DNA from: Eledone cirrhosa
Lineage: Eukaryota
Direction of reading: 5' to 3'
Length of the DNA stretch: 64,000 nucleotides
NCBI GenBank assembly: GCA_964016885.1
Contig: OZ024747.1
Coordinates: forward strand, 64,046,001 to 64,110,000
The position numbers were made by a program, and so were the translations under genes. Numbering within the stretch: the first letter of the stretch is position 1; every line of letters starts with the position of its first letter. Shown piece by piece: positions 27,645-42,492 of the stretch. The notes beneath the pieces were generated by a model. The model ran no database searches. It saw only the letters and a program-made list of their open reading frames with translations, and was not told the origin of the DNA.

Positions 27645-30442
27645 GATAGAACCAGTTTTAAACTAGTTAGACAATTAATCAACAGAGTGCTCAATACTTA
27701 ATATAGTAGGGTATGGCTATATTAGAAAGAGTCGAGAACGGACGGCTGACCCAACAGCTGACCTGTTGTCGTTTCAACAGTTCCAGACTCAGCTGCTGAA
27801 ACGGCAGTAGCTCAGCTGTCGGGTCCTGACTTTCTCTCACATATCAATCTCAATCTCAATATATGATGCAATATATATTTAACTAGAAGATATATGTAGT
27901 AACAAGATCAAAATTGAATGAAACCAAACATCGTTAAAATATTGAATCTTCAACGGTTGCCATTAACATGATTTGAAGTAAACACGTAAAGTGACATACC
28001 AAAACAGCCGAAGATATCTATATATATATTGCCTGACTTTTTCTTCATCCACCAATCTTACATAATCATGTTATTACTACAAAATACAATTTCTAGTTAA
28101 AACTTTAAAACAAAATAGAAAATAGACAATAAAAATAAATATTCTGTAAAGTAGTAGTATGTAACTTCGTCCAAATACTGTTTACCGGGTGAACGGTTGA
28201 GATGCCTGGCCATAATAATCGATAATACTGATTCACCAAAATATGTTTCTCCGTTTTCACTTAACCCTTCCCAATTCCTAGATAAAGGGACACTATCAAT
28301 GGTTTCTCCCATGACACGTTTCAAGGCTTAAAATAGCTGAGTTATAGAGGAAGAGAAAACGAGGGAGAGTTACAGAGAGAGGGATGGGAAAGAGAATAAA
28401 AGAGAACATTAAACACTAGCACTTCACAGAGGCTTTATTAATCTTGTTAAAATAAAAAGCAAAGTTGATATCAATGGGATTTGAATTCCAATAGATGAGA
28501 GTCGGAACAGATCTTGTAAAGCATTCTTTCCGACGCCCTACACTTTGCCAAATCGCTCTCTCCGTGGCAATGACTAGGTAGCCGTAAATTATGTGGTCAA
28601 TCTTATGGTACTGTTTGTATAGTCTCGTCATGGCGTTAGACGCTTCTTTCATTATTTTATTTTTGTAATTATTGGTGTTTAGTCATCTGTCCTCTAGAAA
28701 GCAAAATCTCACCTCCTACTTCTAGTTTTGTGTCGTTATTGATTTTCACTTTGACTTACTTCCTCTTTATCTGGGAGTATTGTTGGTTAATGGCCACAGA
28801 AAAGTTTTTCTCTCCCACCTTTTTCATAGTATATTTTGGAATTCTGTTTTGAATTTTTCTTTTTTAGTTTTGTTTTTAAACATTTTAGGTTATTTTGCTT
28901 TTATCTAAATCATTTTCTTCCGCGTAGTTAGTTTCCAGTGTGTACTTTATTGTTTTTCCAAAATTATGTTCGAAACGCTAAATCGTATTACAAAATACAA
29001 AAACGAAAACAGACAAGGTAATCGCTAAACAGACAGATTTTTCCAGATTAGAAACTACTATTTTCAAAATTGAAAACATAAAAGGACAAGTTTGACAAAA
29101 TTAACTCGAAAGAGGTGGAGAAACGCCGAATCAGTGCCGACGTCAACAACATTTCGTGTTTCAAAGAATGTGTGTCAAAGGGAGCGACGTACTTTGAGTG
29201 CACTCAAGAAAAATGAAAATATTTGGACGTCTTATGTCGAGAAAGACCATGATTCCTTTGTCCAAATTTTACTCAAGAAAGGGCAAATACCGAGGTGACA
29301 TACCTCTAATTTTCAAATAGCCATGACAGTTTGCATATTCCTGCGAAAGAAGATTTGAAGAAAGCGCTCAAGGTATGCTTCCTTAACCAAGGCAGTGTAT
29401 ATGAAAATGTGTATATGGAAGCCCGGACCCTGAGACCGAGACCCAGGTGTTGTTGGATGTACCGATGCTTATGCAAAAGCAAACCCCAGACTACATGGTT
29501 TTCATAAATACAAGAGTCACGTTACTGTGCTGATTAAGAACGTAGTACAAGATAAATAGTAGTACTCTTCACAGAATAGTTGATCTTTGACAAACCAGAG
29601 GAAAGCTAAAATTATACTCCATAGAGGGTATGGGAGGCTTCACTATTCATATTAAACAAAATATGCTTACGGGCATATTATGTAGACCGAGTTTGCCGAA
29701 CATGACTAGAGCAGAATTTAGCTGGGGCCATGGATTAATTCGGTTTTACTCGGAGATTTCTCACCTGTTTTTTTGATGATTGGTTGTTATTTGTTTTGTG
29801 TAACTTTATTTTTAACCTGTCTTAATATTGTATATTGTTTTTTTCTTAACACTCGTTAATTACATAAATGTGTACACACACATCTTGTAACTATTTTTTA
29901 CTGTGTGTACAGGCCAGATTTTTATTCTTTCGTTGGGGAAGGGGGAAATTGACAGAATTGTGAAGGCATCGGACATATCCTGCGCCATTTGTTTCTACTC
30001 TTTACGTGGTAAGTTCAAATAGCATAGGGGTTAACGTTGCCTTACATATTTCCAGTAATATACAGGGTTGATATTGTCGACTTTCCCTTCCCTTCAAATG
30101 ATTTACCATCTACAAAAGGTAGTTACAATTTGATCGACAATATAGTTCTGATGAAATAATAAGCTTTTGTGGTTTAACCTTTTAGCATTTAAACCGGCCA
30201 TATCCGACCAGAGTTCTCTCACCTCTTTTTGTTCAAACTGGCTGTAACTGGCCACTCATACTTATATTAAGGTACTGTTCTCAAAATAAATAATATCGAA
30301 ATCTCATGCATTCGATACTATGTGAGAAATTATGTGAAATAAAGCCTTTACTGCGAAAATACAATAGTTCATATAGAGTAATGTAAATGCTAAAGGGTTA
30401 AAGAAATGGCAAGGTTGGTTGCAATATTTCATATTTATCTAA

Positions 30443-31075
30443 GGGCGGTGGATTGGCAGTATCAGTATAGGGTCGCGCGCTATGCTTTGCAGCATAGAGT
30501 TACGGCCCTTTATGATCTGAGTTCAAATCCCGCCAAGGTTAACGTTGCCTTTCATGTTTACGGGGTCGATAAAATAAAGTCCCAGGCACGCACTGGGGTC
30601 GATTTAATCGACTTTCCCTTCCCCCAAAATTTCTGGTCTTGTGCCTATTTAAGAAACCACAATTTCATATTTATCTGTAGTCGAAGTTATAACTGTGAGT
30701 TTGCTTTGAGGCTCCGCAGATTTGGATTCGATCCCACTGTGCACCACATTGGGTATGTACTTTCTTCTTTATGTCTGTATTTGTGGCACTCCGTCGGGTA
30801 CGACGACGTGTGTCAGTTGATACAACCTGCTCGTCAAATTCCGTGCAAATAGCAGAGCATTCCACAGACATAAGTCCCATTAACGCAGTTCTCAGAGAGA
30901 TTCAGCGCGGAGTGACACATAATATGAGAAGGGTGGCCTTTCGAATAACAGGTGTAACTCATTTTTGCCAACTGAGTGGACTGGAGCAATGTGAAATAAA
31001 GTGTCTTGCTCAAGGGGCCGTCGGGAATCGAGCTCCCGAGGTTGACCCGAATACCCTAACCTCTCAGTAACATGG
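30443..31075 (+). mobile_element. SINE (30443-30660) followed by a second SINE-like family (30690-31075; relative at 45110-45285)
   Basis: The first has boxes A and B and the central domain. The second has GGATTCGATCCC and gttctcag.gagattcagcg..tgacac...catttttgcca.ctgagtg, shared with 45200-45285. Confidence 0.7.
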
Positions 31076-31477
31076 CGTCACTTGTCTGTATTTACAGCCT
31101 ATCAAAATATACTCGGTAGAAACTTTAACTACGTCAGATATCATTCTTAAAATATATTGATGTGATATCAATCGGGGTTTGACAGTTATACGATCTAATA
31201 ATTATGTGTGGAATTGTAATAATCGTAATCTTCTTTCACTCCTCTCACTCACAGACATTACTCTCCCTTACTTTCTTACATTACAACACTTTCCCTCACT
31301 GCCTCATTTCTTTAATCACTTCTTTAATCATATATTAAGAAATATACTTTCAGATGAAGCAATTCGCCATTAATATTCAAGCTACGATTACATTGTAATG
31401 CCATAGACGTTCAGAATTAGAAGAGTATTCCATACATAAATATTAATTGAAACTAAAAATAAGAGGAGGTAGTTAAA

Positions 31478-31565
<88 letters not shown>

Positions 31566-31712
31566 CACAAACATATATATATATACATAAATACACATAA
31601 ATATATATATACATACACACACACATATATATATACACACATATATATATACATATATATATATATCTATATGTATATCTATATATATATATACATATAT
31701 ACATACATATAT

Positions 31713-32026
31713 GGTGGCTGCCAACTCGTTTTCGAGTACGGCCACTACTTTATATCCATGTAGGAGAACCCCTACCGATGCGCTGAACGAGTGTGACTTT
31801 TTAGTCCAGCCAGCGACTTGAAAACTCTGGTACAAACACTACACTTGTGACAATTATTGACACATAGTGCTGGGCCCATGGTACCATGTGACGACAAGTG
31901 CAGAGAGAACTCCAGATATAAAGCAATGCCTGTGCCGTGAAGCTTTTATAGTGAGCAAAGGCATTGCTTATATCTGGAGATCTCTCTGCACTTGTCGTCA
32001 CATGGTACCATGGGCCCAGCACTATG
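31713..32026 (-). mobile_element. Truncated copy of the 600-bp element ending in a fold-back of about 67 bp
   Basis: It matches 15382 onward up to aaaggca, then continues as the reverse complement of 31863-31930. Confidence 0.8.
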
Positions 32027-32155
32027 TATATACATACATATATACATACATATATACATATATACATACATACATATATAAAATACATATATACATACAC
32101 ATAGATACATACACTTACATATATATACATTTATAGATATATATACACACATATA

Positions 32156-32280
<125 letters not shown>

Positions 32281-32447
32281 GTGAGCCCGAAATATTGGGA
32301 TTAAATCTCTACTACGGTAACCCTTCTACCTTTGTTTTGTTTTCATCTTTGTCTCTCTCAATTTTCACTTTCACCTGTTTTTCCTATCTATATTTCACTT
32401 CCTACCTCGAGATTTCCCTTTGCATTGTTGTGGCTTTCTTAAATACG

Positions 32448-32487
<40 letters not shown>

Positions 32488-32608
32488 TATATATGCATAT
32501 ATATATATACATATATATACATATATATGTACATATATATATACATATATATATACATATATATATTCATATATATATATACATATATATATATAAACAT
32601 ATATATAC

Positions 32609-32657
<49 letters not shown>

Positions 32658-32664
32658 CATATGT

Positions 32665-33025
32665 TAGCATCACCTTCAAAACACACCCAAGGCTTGGGCC
32701 CCGTGCTATCCGTCCCAAACAAAAATCTAAATCGCAACTCATAACAACAATACGGCACAATAATTTCACCTCAATCGGCCCTGCTCTCTTCAACATCACA
32801 CCAGGACACGTCAAAACAGAAACTGACCACACGGAATTCAAGAAGTCTTTGGACAAATTCCTTCAAATAATCCCGGACAAACCACCCACACCCGGATATG
32901 TCTCCGCAAACAGTAATTCTCTTCTCGAATGGGCCATAGTGCCCAAATCCTGAATTGAAAGACTTCACCAGGTGGTGCTATGAAGTTAGACATGGCCTGG
33001 GCCAATACTGGCCAAAACATTTCAA
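32665..33025 (+). mobile_element. CR1-group LINE 3' fragment
   Basis: Homologous to 16050-16353 ([30 protein letters not shown]). Confidence 0.75.
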
Positions 33026-33153
33026 AGTTATATATATATACGTGTATATATATATATATATATGTCTATATATATGTATATATATATGTATATATATATA
33101 TGTATATATATAAATGTGTATATATATATATGTGTATATATATGTATATGTGT

Positions 33154-33199
<46 letters not shown>

Positions 33200-33311
33200 G
33201 TATTTATATATGTATATATATATATGTGTATATACATATACATATATATATGTATATATATATGTATATACACATATATATATATACATATATATATATA
33301 GATATATACAC

Positions 33312-33403
<92 letters not shown>

Positions 33404-33610
33404 GTATATAAATATGTATATATATGTATATATATATATGTATATATATATATACATTTATATATATGTATATATATATATACATACATATATACATATA
33501 TATATATACATATATATATACAAATATATATATACATATATATATACAAATATATATATACATATATATATATACATATACATATATATATATACATATA
33601 TATATATGCA

Positions 33611-33662
<52 letters not shown>

Positions 33663-33725
33663 GATACATATATATATATATACATATATATACATATATA
33701 CATATATATACATATATACATATAT

Positions 33726-33761
<36 letters not shown>

Positions 33762-33765
<4 letters not shown>

Positions 33766-33909
33766 CCAGCAATTACCCAGTACATTACTGGTACTTTATT
33801 TTATCGACCCCGTAAGGATGAAAGGCAAAGTTAACCTCGACGGGATTTGAACTCAGACTGTAAAGGGACGTAACTATGCTGGAAAGCATGGCGTCCAACC
33901 CTCTACCGA
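33762..33909 (-). mobile_element. SINE fragment
   Basis: Central domain and box B on the minus strand. Confidence 0.85.
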
Positions 33910-34173
33910 ATCTCCGCTAGACAGATTGTGGTTACGGTCATCTTAAGTCATAACTTGTTGAACGTGGCTATTAGGTCTTTCTAAGACGGTCATGGTGGTG
34001 ACTGCTCGTATGGCTCGATAGGGTTAGACCGCTTATTCACATTAGGAACGAATGTTAATAAAGGTAGAATGAAACATTAAATGACACGTACTCCCATAGT
34101 CACTGCCTCCGTCTCTCTTGCTCTCTCCCTCTTTCACTATCATAAGCAAATGGCGGCTCACGCGTTAGCCACC

Positions 34174-34472
34174 CCTGGCTGGATTTAATGGAGGGCAAAG
34201 AGGGCATTTGTCCCGGGCCCTCTGCAATGGGGCCCCCACCAGCGAAGGTCGTAGCAATTTATTTTTTCCCTCAGCTGGGCTTGTTAGTTTTAAGATGGTT
34301 GGAAATTTTTGAATTGTTCACCTGTGTCTATATCGTTTCAATTCCAGTTACTTGCATCAGCTAACTTTGATATGTAAAATTAGTGGGGTGGGGTGTATTC
34401 TATTTTTGTCTGTATGAGAGGCTCCCCAAACCTGAAGTGCCCCGGGTCCCCTAAAGTCTAAATCCAACCCTG
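34174..34472. mobile_element. MITE-like element, possibly hAT-derived (relative at about 52610-52820)
   Basis: Imperfect terminal inverted repeats cctggctggattta / taaatccaaccctg. The internal gtagcaattta..ccctcag.tgggctt and aacctgaagtgccccgg are shared with 52615-52802. Confidence 0.55.
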
Positions 34473-34852
34473 TCGGAAACTCATTTTTCATTAAATATTT
34501 ACGAGATCACTAATGAAAATGTTCAGCTCAGTGCTGTTGTAGCCCTCTCTGTTTTTGGCTGTTCGACTGGATTATGGGGCACTTGGACAAGCTGTTGTCT
34601 ATGTCTACTAGTGTCAAGATAGTCACATGAAATCATAGGCTAATCATGGTATATTAGCTGACCATGTGTTAAAGTTCAACATCATATTTTAAATATTATA
34701 TTTATAAGTTTTATATATAAAAATAAATATAATCGGCGCGGATTAAAACGTAATTCGCAACCACATTTTACCATATTATTTTCATCAAGACTTTTAAAGC
34801 CAAGGATTAGAAATCAACTCCCGACATAATTCTCTCTCTCTCTCTCTATCTC

Positions 34853-34890
<38 letters not shown>

Positions 34891-35500
34891 GTTTCTCTCT
34901 TTCTTTCTCTCCCGTTCTCTCTCTGTCTCTCTCTTTCTCTCTCTCTCTTTCTCTCTCTCCCATTTCCATCCATTTTGCGGCGTGACCGAAATTATACCCG
35001 GAATATACAGCAGCTTTAATTTAATAAATGGATTTGTTCATGCAAATAACAACCACAGTTATACAAATGTATGTGTATGCGTCTTTTTACATACACACAC
35101 ACACATGTGTGTGTGTGTGTGTATATATATATAATAGAGAGAGAGAGAAAATATTTATCTACACACATGCACAAACGCAAACACACACCAGGGCGTGTGT
35201 TTGCTTGTACATACAAACATACAGGAGGAAGGATAGATATAAGTATTTATGTGTATATAGCTATGATATAACATATATGCACACACATACACACACACAC
35301 ACACAAATATATATATGTGTGTATGAGTGTCTGTGTGTATTATATCATAATTATATACATATATATATGTACGTGTGTGTGTTTGAGTGTGTGTGTCTAT
35401 GTATATATATTATAACTATATACAGATAAATACACATATATATATATATATGTGTGTGTGTGTTTTTATCTGTATATATTTATAATATATATATATACAT

Positions 35501-35559
<59 letters not shown>

Positions 35560-35566
35560 CATATTT

Positions 35567-36490
35567 ATCTGAGTGAGTTTCTTGGTCAGTGTCCATGACT
35601 CAGACCCGTACAGCAGCACAGACTCCACTACAGCAATGAAGAGGCGGATTTTCAGCTCTTTACGAAGGTCCGACTTCCACACCGATCTCAAGCTGTGGCA
35701 CACCGCTCAGGCTTTGATCTTCATTTCAACCACATCATCTTCCGTATTCCCAATCTTTGCTCCCAAATACAGGAAGTCCTCAACCAATTCTAGCGCCTTC
35801 CCGCGGACATTAGTGATCCCCTCTGGCTTCTCAACATTCTCTACCAGATACTTTGTTTTAATCTCATTCATTCTCAGTCCCACACTCATCGACACAGTCT
35901 CGACTTCCTGCATCAAATCCTCTGCCTTCCTCACTGTATTTGTCACCAAAACTATGTCGTCGGTAAATTCAGCATTCGATATCTTTTTCGCCTTAACTCT
36001 CCTGCTCTGAGCCGGTGCTACGGTAAAGCCAGAGTCCTGGTGTTTCTCCAGTGCAAGGCGCATACAATAGTCCACTACGATGTTAAAAAGGTAGGGAGAC
36101 TTGGACACTGACCAAGAAACTCACTCAGATGGTGGATGGGTGCTACACGAGAATGCTGAGGATGGCTCTGAACATTAATCAGTATACACTGAGGATGAAC
36201 AACTCAGAGCTGTATGGGAGCTTCCCAAAAGTCAGCTCAAAAGTGACACAGAGGAGACTGGACATGTTTACCAATATCCAGAGTTGACATTGCACTCAGT
36301 GCTCCTGTGGGAGCCCCTACATGGACACACTGGAAGAAGAAGACCAAGGTTAACGTAAAGACAGATACTGCTCTAAGGACAGATACTGGTTTGTTGGAGA
36401 CGCAGGACATGGCAGCGATAATGAGGGACAGAGACAGCTGGAGATAGCCCGTCCATGGATCTCGGGAATTTTACTCGCCCTAGATAGATA
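35567..36490. mobile_element. RTE-X-like LINE with an inverted 5' part
   Basis: 35567-36101 on the minus strand encodes RT (SPYLFNIVVD, FTDD for [32 protein letters not shown]). 36102-36490 on the plus strand continues [25 protein letters not shown] to a TAGA tail. Confidence 0.9.
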
Positions 36491-36514
36491 AATACATATA
36501 TATATATATATATT

Positions 36515-36891
36515 TCGTTTCTGAATTTGTTTAGCAAGATTCTTTATCTGAAATCGTGTGTTGAAACCGATATTGTTATACTTTGGGAGGGTCATGTTGC
36601 CAATAAGAAACACACGCACCAGTTGCTTTCACTTCAATTTATTATAATAAATTTATAATAAATTTATAAATTTATAAATTTCTGGTTGGTTGGTTGGTTC
36701 CACAACCAGATAGTTGTTTATATATAAATATATATATATAGATAAATATATATATATAAACAACTATCTGGTTGTGGAACCAACCAACCAACCAGAAATT
36801 TATAAATTTATTATAAATTTATTATAATAAATTGAAGTGAAAGCAACTGATGCGTGTGTTTCTTATTGGCAACATGACCCTCCCAAAGTAT

Positions 36892-36899
<8 letters not shown>
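36515..36899. mobile_element. Family D fold-back element (relative at 49342-49580)
   Basis: Arms of about 155 bp span 36570-36899. The end motif gttatactt.gg.agg.tcat and the one-sided tail atcgtgtgt.gaaac.gatattg are shared with 49342-49570. Confidence 0.7.
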
Positions 36900-36942
<43 letters not shown>

Positions 36943-36944
<2 letters not shown>

Positions 36945-37370
36945 TATAATATAAAGCTGACGGCCGTATGTATGTAGCAAACTTTCCACCAAACGGCTGG
37001 ACCAAATAGCACCAAATTTGCACTATAGATGTAACTTTTTCCAAGTAAAAAAGTGAGGGAATTTTTGTCTACAGAAATTTGTTTAGAGATTAAAGACATT
37101 ATTTAAATATTCACTTCTTTAAAATTTCAAATTTCAACACTTCCGGTTATACGACATTCCACAGTCTTTCTTTGTGTGTCTTTTTAGATAGACACATAGC
37201 TATAACGTCGCGCCTTCATAATATGTCTCTGTACGTCTGGCTGTCTGCATTAGATAAATAGCTATGAGGTCGCACAACATTCCTCTCTTTTTCTTAGTCT
37301 GTCTTTTTAGATAGATACGTAGCTATAAATTCGCGTCCTTATAATATGTCTCTGTATGTCTGCATTAGAT
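36943..37370 (+). mobile_element. Helitron-like 5' portion
   Basis: A|TCTATAATATAAAGCTG..GTATGTATG..aaacggctggaccaaat..accaaatttg head. No 3' end was seen. Confidence 0.5.
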
Positions 37371-37417
37371 AACGTTTTTCGAAATATTTACTTCTTCGTT
37401 CACAGACTGATTTTGTT

Positions 37418-37468
37418 AGTTTCAGAAGAACCCCTTAATGGTGAAAGCAGCGATTCTTTTCTTAAACT
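37418..37468 (+). ncRNA. Family B hammerhead-like fold
   Basis: AGTTT CAGAAGA ACC-ccttaat-GGT GAAA ... T T AAACT. Stem III is damaged. Confidence 0.5.
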
Positions 37469-37916
37469 TTAATCTGTTATTTTCATATATATATTCGTGT
37501 ACAGATATTTTTGCATACACAAAAACAAAATATAAACAAACGTATTTATTTCACGAAAGCACAGACGGTTTATCGTCATTGTTATTGCCGATATGCCACT
37601 CAAGAGGTCCCAGCCTGGCCGCAAGATCAGATTTCACAGAAGAAAAAAATGTTACTAGAACAAGAGTGTCTGAAGATGATCATATATATATATACATATA
37701 TATATATGCATACATATATATATATATATATACGTTCATATATATATACATACATATATATGCATACGTATATATACATATATATATGCATATGTATATA
37801 TATATGTGTATGCATACATACACATATATAAATATATATACATATACATGCACACACACACATATATATATATACATATAAATACATATATATATATACA
37901 TATACATATATACATA

Positions 37917-37947
<31 letters not shown>

Positions 37948-38125
37948 ATATAAATATACTTACATATATATTTATATATATATATACATACATACATATA
38001 TACATATATGCATACATATATACATATAAATATACACATACATATATATATATAAATATACATACATATATATATATTTATATATATATATACATACATA
38101 TATGCATACATACATATATATAAAT

Positions 38126-38176
<51 letters not shown>

Positions 38177-38345
38177 CATACATATATACATATATAAATA
38201 TACATACATATATATATATAAATATACATACATATATATACATACATACATACATACATACATACATACATACATAAATATATATATATATAAATATCCA
38301 TACATATACATATATATATACATATATACATACATATATATATAA

Positions 38346-38376
<31 letters not shown>

Positions 38377-38439
38377 CACACATACCTATATATATAAATA
38401 TACATACATATATATACATTTATATATTATAAATGAGTC

Positions 38440-38640
38440 TTTATTTACAAAATGAAAAATAACCGAGGTGTCCAAGACGAGTGAAAGTATAAAGAAAAAA
38501 AGATGAAATCGAAAATGCAACAGGAGTCTTATTTAAAAAAATATATATATAATTATTTGGTTCCTTTACCGGTTTCGCAGTTCTTCTGCTTTTCAAAAGT
38601 AGAGTTGAGATGGAGGGTCTGTAGTTTTTCTCACATATGT
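38440..38640 (-). mobile_element. Family C element without fold-back (hammerhead at about 38563-38600 -)
   Basis: It is the reverse complement of the right arm plus tail of the copies at 17828 and 58210. Confidence 0.75.
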
Positions 38641-38661
38641 GAGATATATTTATATATATAC

Positions 38662-38696
<35 letters not shown>

Positions 38697-38697
38697 C

Positions 38698-38748
<51 letters not shown>

Positions 38749-38787
38749 AACATATATACATACATAAATATATATATATATACAAAC

Positions 38788-38818
<31 letters not shown>

Positions 38819-38825
38819 CATACAC

Positions 38826-38868
<43 letters not shown>

Positions 38869-40270
38869 CATACATATATATATATACATACATATACATA
38901 CATATACATACATATATATATATACATACATATACATATAAGGTAAAACAATGAAATAAAAATTCAAGTCATTAGGAATATACTTCACTGCTTTACGATC
39001 GTTTCTAGGTGATGATAATACATCGTACGCATATTTTGTTATCGATCTATGTAAGTTTAGGTACAACATATCAAATAAGGAATATATTTACCTACGTTTA
39101 TATCGTCAGCCGTTGTCAAAAGCAATGAACATTTTATTCAAAATCAATACTAAATTTAGTTCTATGACCTTATTTGGAGGTGGTTGAAGAACAAACCAAT
39201 CAAATGGTGTTTTGCCATTTGATGTTAAGACGAAATATAACTCACTTTAGTTAAGGTTATGACCTTTTGAAAGGAATGGTTGAATGGTGTTAAAAATAAA
39301 ATTACTATGAAGAACCTATGAAGAAAAGGGATTGTTATATTGATAGTGGAATGTAGATGGTGGAGTGAAGTTTAAAAAGGGATATAAACGTTATATGTTG
39401 AGTTGTATTGTATGGGGTTTTTAGGTGAATATAAATAAAGAAATATAAAATTTACGGAAATAACTAGGATAAATATAGATAGGTAAAGTATTGGTCATAA
39501 CTAGGAAGGATAGTATATTAAAAGATGAACATTATAATAAAATAATAAAATACAATAATATAATCATATAATATAGTGTAGTATAATATAGTGCAGTATG
39601 GTACATTGTATATAGTATAGTATAGCGTATGATGTATCATAAAATATAAAATAGTAAATATTTTCCAGCGGGTCTATATATAACTAATCAATCCCAGATA
39701 AATGCATGTTAACATATAGCCAAAATGCATAATTTTCTTAGATCACAAAAGTACATATACTCACATATATAGATAGAGGTATAATTACATAGATATTCCG
39801 TTAAAAACATACACACGCATACATAGATATATACATATATATACATACATACACGCACTCACACATCTACATATACATATATATACATACAAATACATAC
39901 ATATATACATGTACACACATATACATGTACATACACATACACACACACACACATATATATATATATTCTCTTATCATACATACATAGATACATGTATACC
40001 CATGCAGTTACAGGTGGATATGTACCTTGATGCACTTAGTCCGTAACGCATGATTCTATGGAAGTTAAAAAATTAAAATGTTAAAAAATTAACAGGAAGG
40101 CGTATAATTAGGAGAAGGGGATACTAATATAAAGGTACGTCAGATAGAGCTATAGTGAGCTGCTAGTTAGAATGTTTAATTAGGTTTATAGTACTTAAAT
40201 GTTTTTCGTATACGGTGATTACAAGCTATAATCAGTTCTTGTCTTTTATTCAATTCTTTTATACATATAC

Positions 40271-40336
<66 letters not shown>

Positions 40337-40356
40337 TTATTAAAATAACAGATTAA

Positions 40357-40407
40357 AGTTTAAGCAAAGAATCGCTGCTTTCACCCATAACGGGATCTTC
40401 TGAAACT
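40357..40407 (-). ncRNA. Family B hammerhead-like fold, best copy
   Basis: Stem I AGTTT/AAACT, core CAGAAGA, stem II CCCG-tta-TGGG, GAAA, stem III AGCA/TGCT, triplet CUU, then AATAAA about 15 nt later. Confidence 0.6.
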
Positions 40408-40565
40408 AACAAAGTCAATCTGCAAACGCAGAAGTGGATATTTCAAAAAATGTTGCAACCGGAGGAAGACATATATATATATTTGCTCTACGGTTCTTAT
40501 ATATTTGATATATATTTATCCTAATCGATCCCTCTTTGGATTTTAGTCTTCAAATTTATTATTAT

Positions 40566-40651
<86 letters not shown>

Positions 40652-40668
40652 GTATGTATATATATATG

Positions 40669-40748
<80 letters not shown>

Positions 40749-40800
40749 CATATATATATACATACATATACATACATATACATACATATATATATATATA

Positions 40801-40872
<72 letters not shown>

Positions 40873-41165
40873 CATATATATATACATACATATATATATA
40901 TATATATATACATATATATATACATGCATATATATATATATATACATCCATATATATATACATACATATATATATACATATATATATATACATCCATATA
41001 TATATAAACATACATATGTATATATACATACATATGTATATATATATGTATATATACATACATATATATATACATACATATATATATACATATATATATA
41101 CATACATATATATATACATACATATATATATACATACATATATATATACATATATATATACATAC

Positions 41166-41215
<50 letters not shown>

Positions 41216-41453
41216 GTATATATATATATATATATACATACATATATATACACATACATATATATACACATATATATATATACATATATACATACATACA
41301 TATATATTTATATACATACACTCATATATATATACATATATAAATATATATATACATATATATATATACATATATTTATATATATATATACATACATATA
41401 TATATACCTACATATATATATATATACATATATATATACATATATATATACCT

Positions 41454-41562
<109 letters not shown>

Positions 41563-41577
41563 TAAATATATTTATAC

Positions 41578-41624
<47 letters not shown>

Positions 41625-41653
41625 TAAATATATTTATACATATACATATATAT

Positions 41654-41757
<104 letters not shown>

Positions 41758-42426
41758 TACACAACAACACTAACGGGTTTTATCTGCAGAACCTAATTAT
41801 TTTTGATCTGAAGTGAACATGGAAATGAATGTAGGAGAAATAACAAAATAGAAAACAAAATCAGAAAATCTAGGTTGGCAAACGAAGTAGATAATAATTA
41901 CCAATATCATTATATATCTAAAATGACGGTAGAGTTTCTGAGATTAATGATTCAAAGCTAAGTCCCTCTTCACTACCACTTACACCCCATTATTAGCTCA
42001 TATATTAACCATTAACCAATTTATTGCTTGTTGAGCACCAAAGGAATATATTATTTCTTTCATTTCTTCATTCTTTACTTGTTATAATTTATTTTTAGTT
42101 TACATTCCTCATTCCTCACAATTGGTGGGTTGGTTGGATTAATGTTGAAACCAAACAAATTTTGATTTATTTTGTGTACATGTCGGCAGGAAAATATTGG
42201 AAGTCTTTCCAGATAAATAAATAGAAGTAAAAATTAAATAGAAATAAATAAATGGATAAACGAAAGAAGAAAATAAAATTGTTTTCAAAGTAAAAGAAAT
42301 TATTTTGTTTTTCTGCTCTCTGATAATTGAATCACCTGTCAGTTATATATGCTTCATCGATTTCTCTGGAAGTTAGCAAAAACTTTGGTAAATGCAAAAT
42401 TTCTTCTAATTGAAAACAAACAAACA

Positions 42427-42492
<66 letters not shown>

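Noticed and set aside
28097-29600. Short ORFs at 28097-28324 and 29092-29298
   Set aside because: They show no recognisable motif. They may be old TE debris but cannot be assigned without a search.
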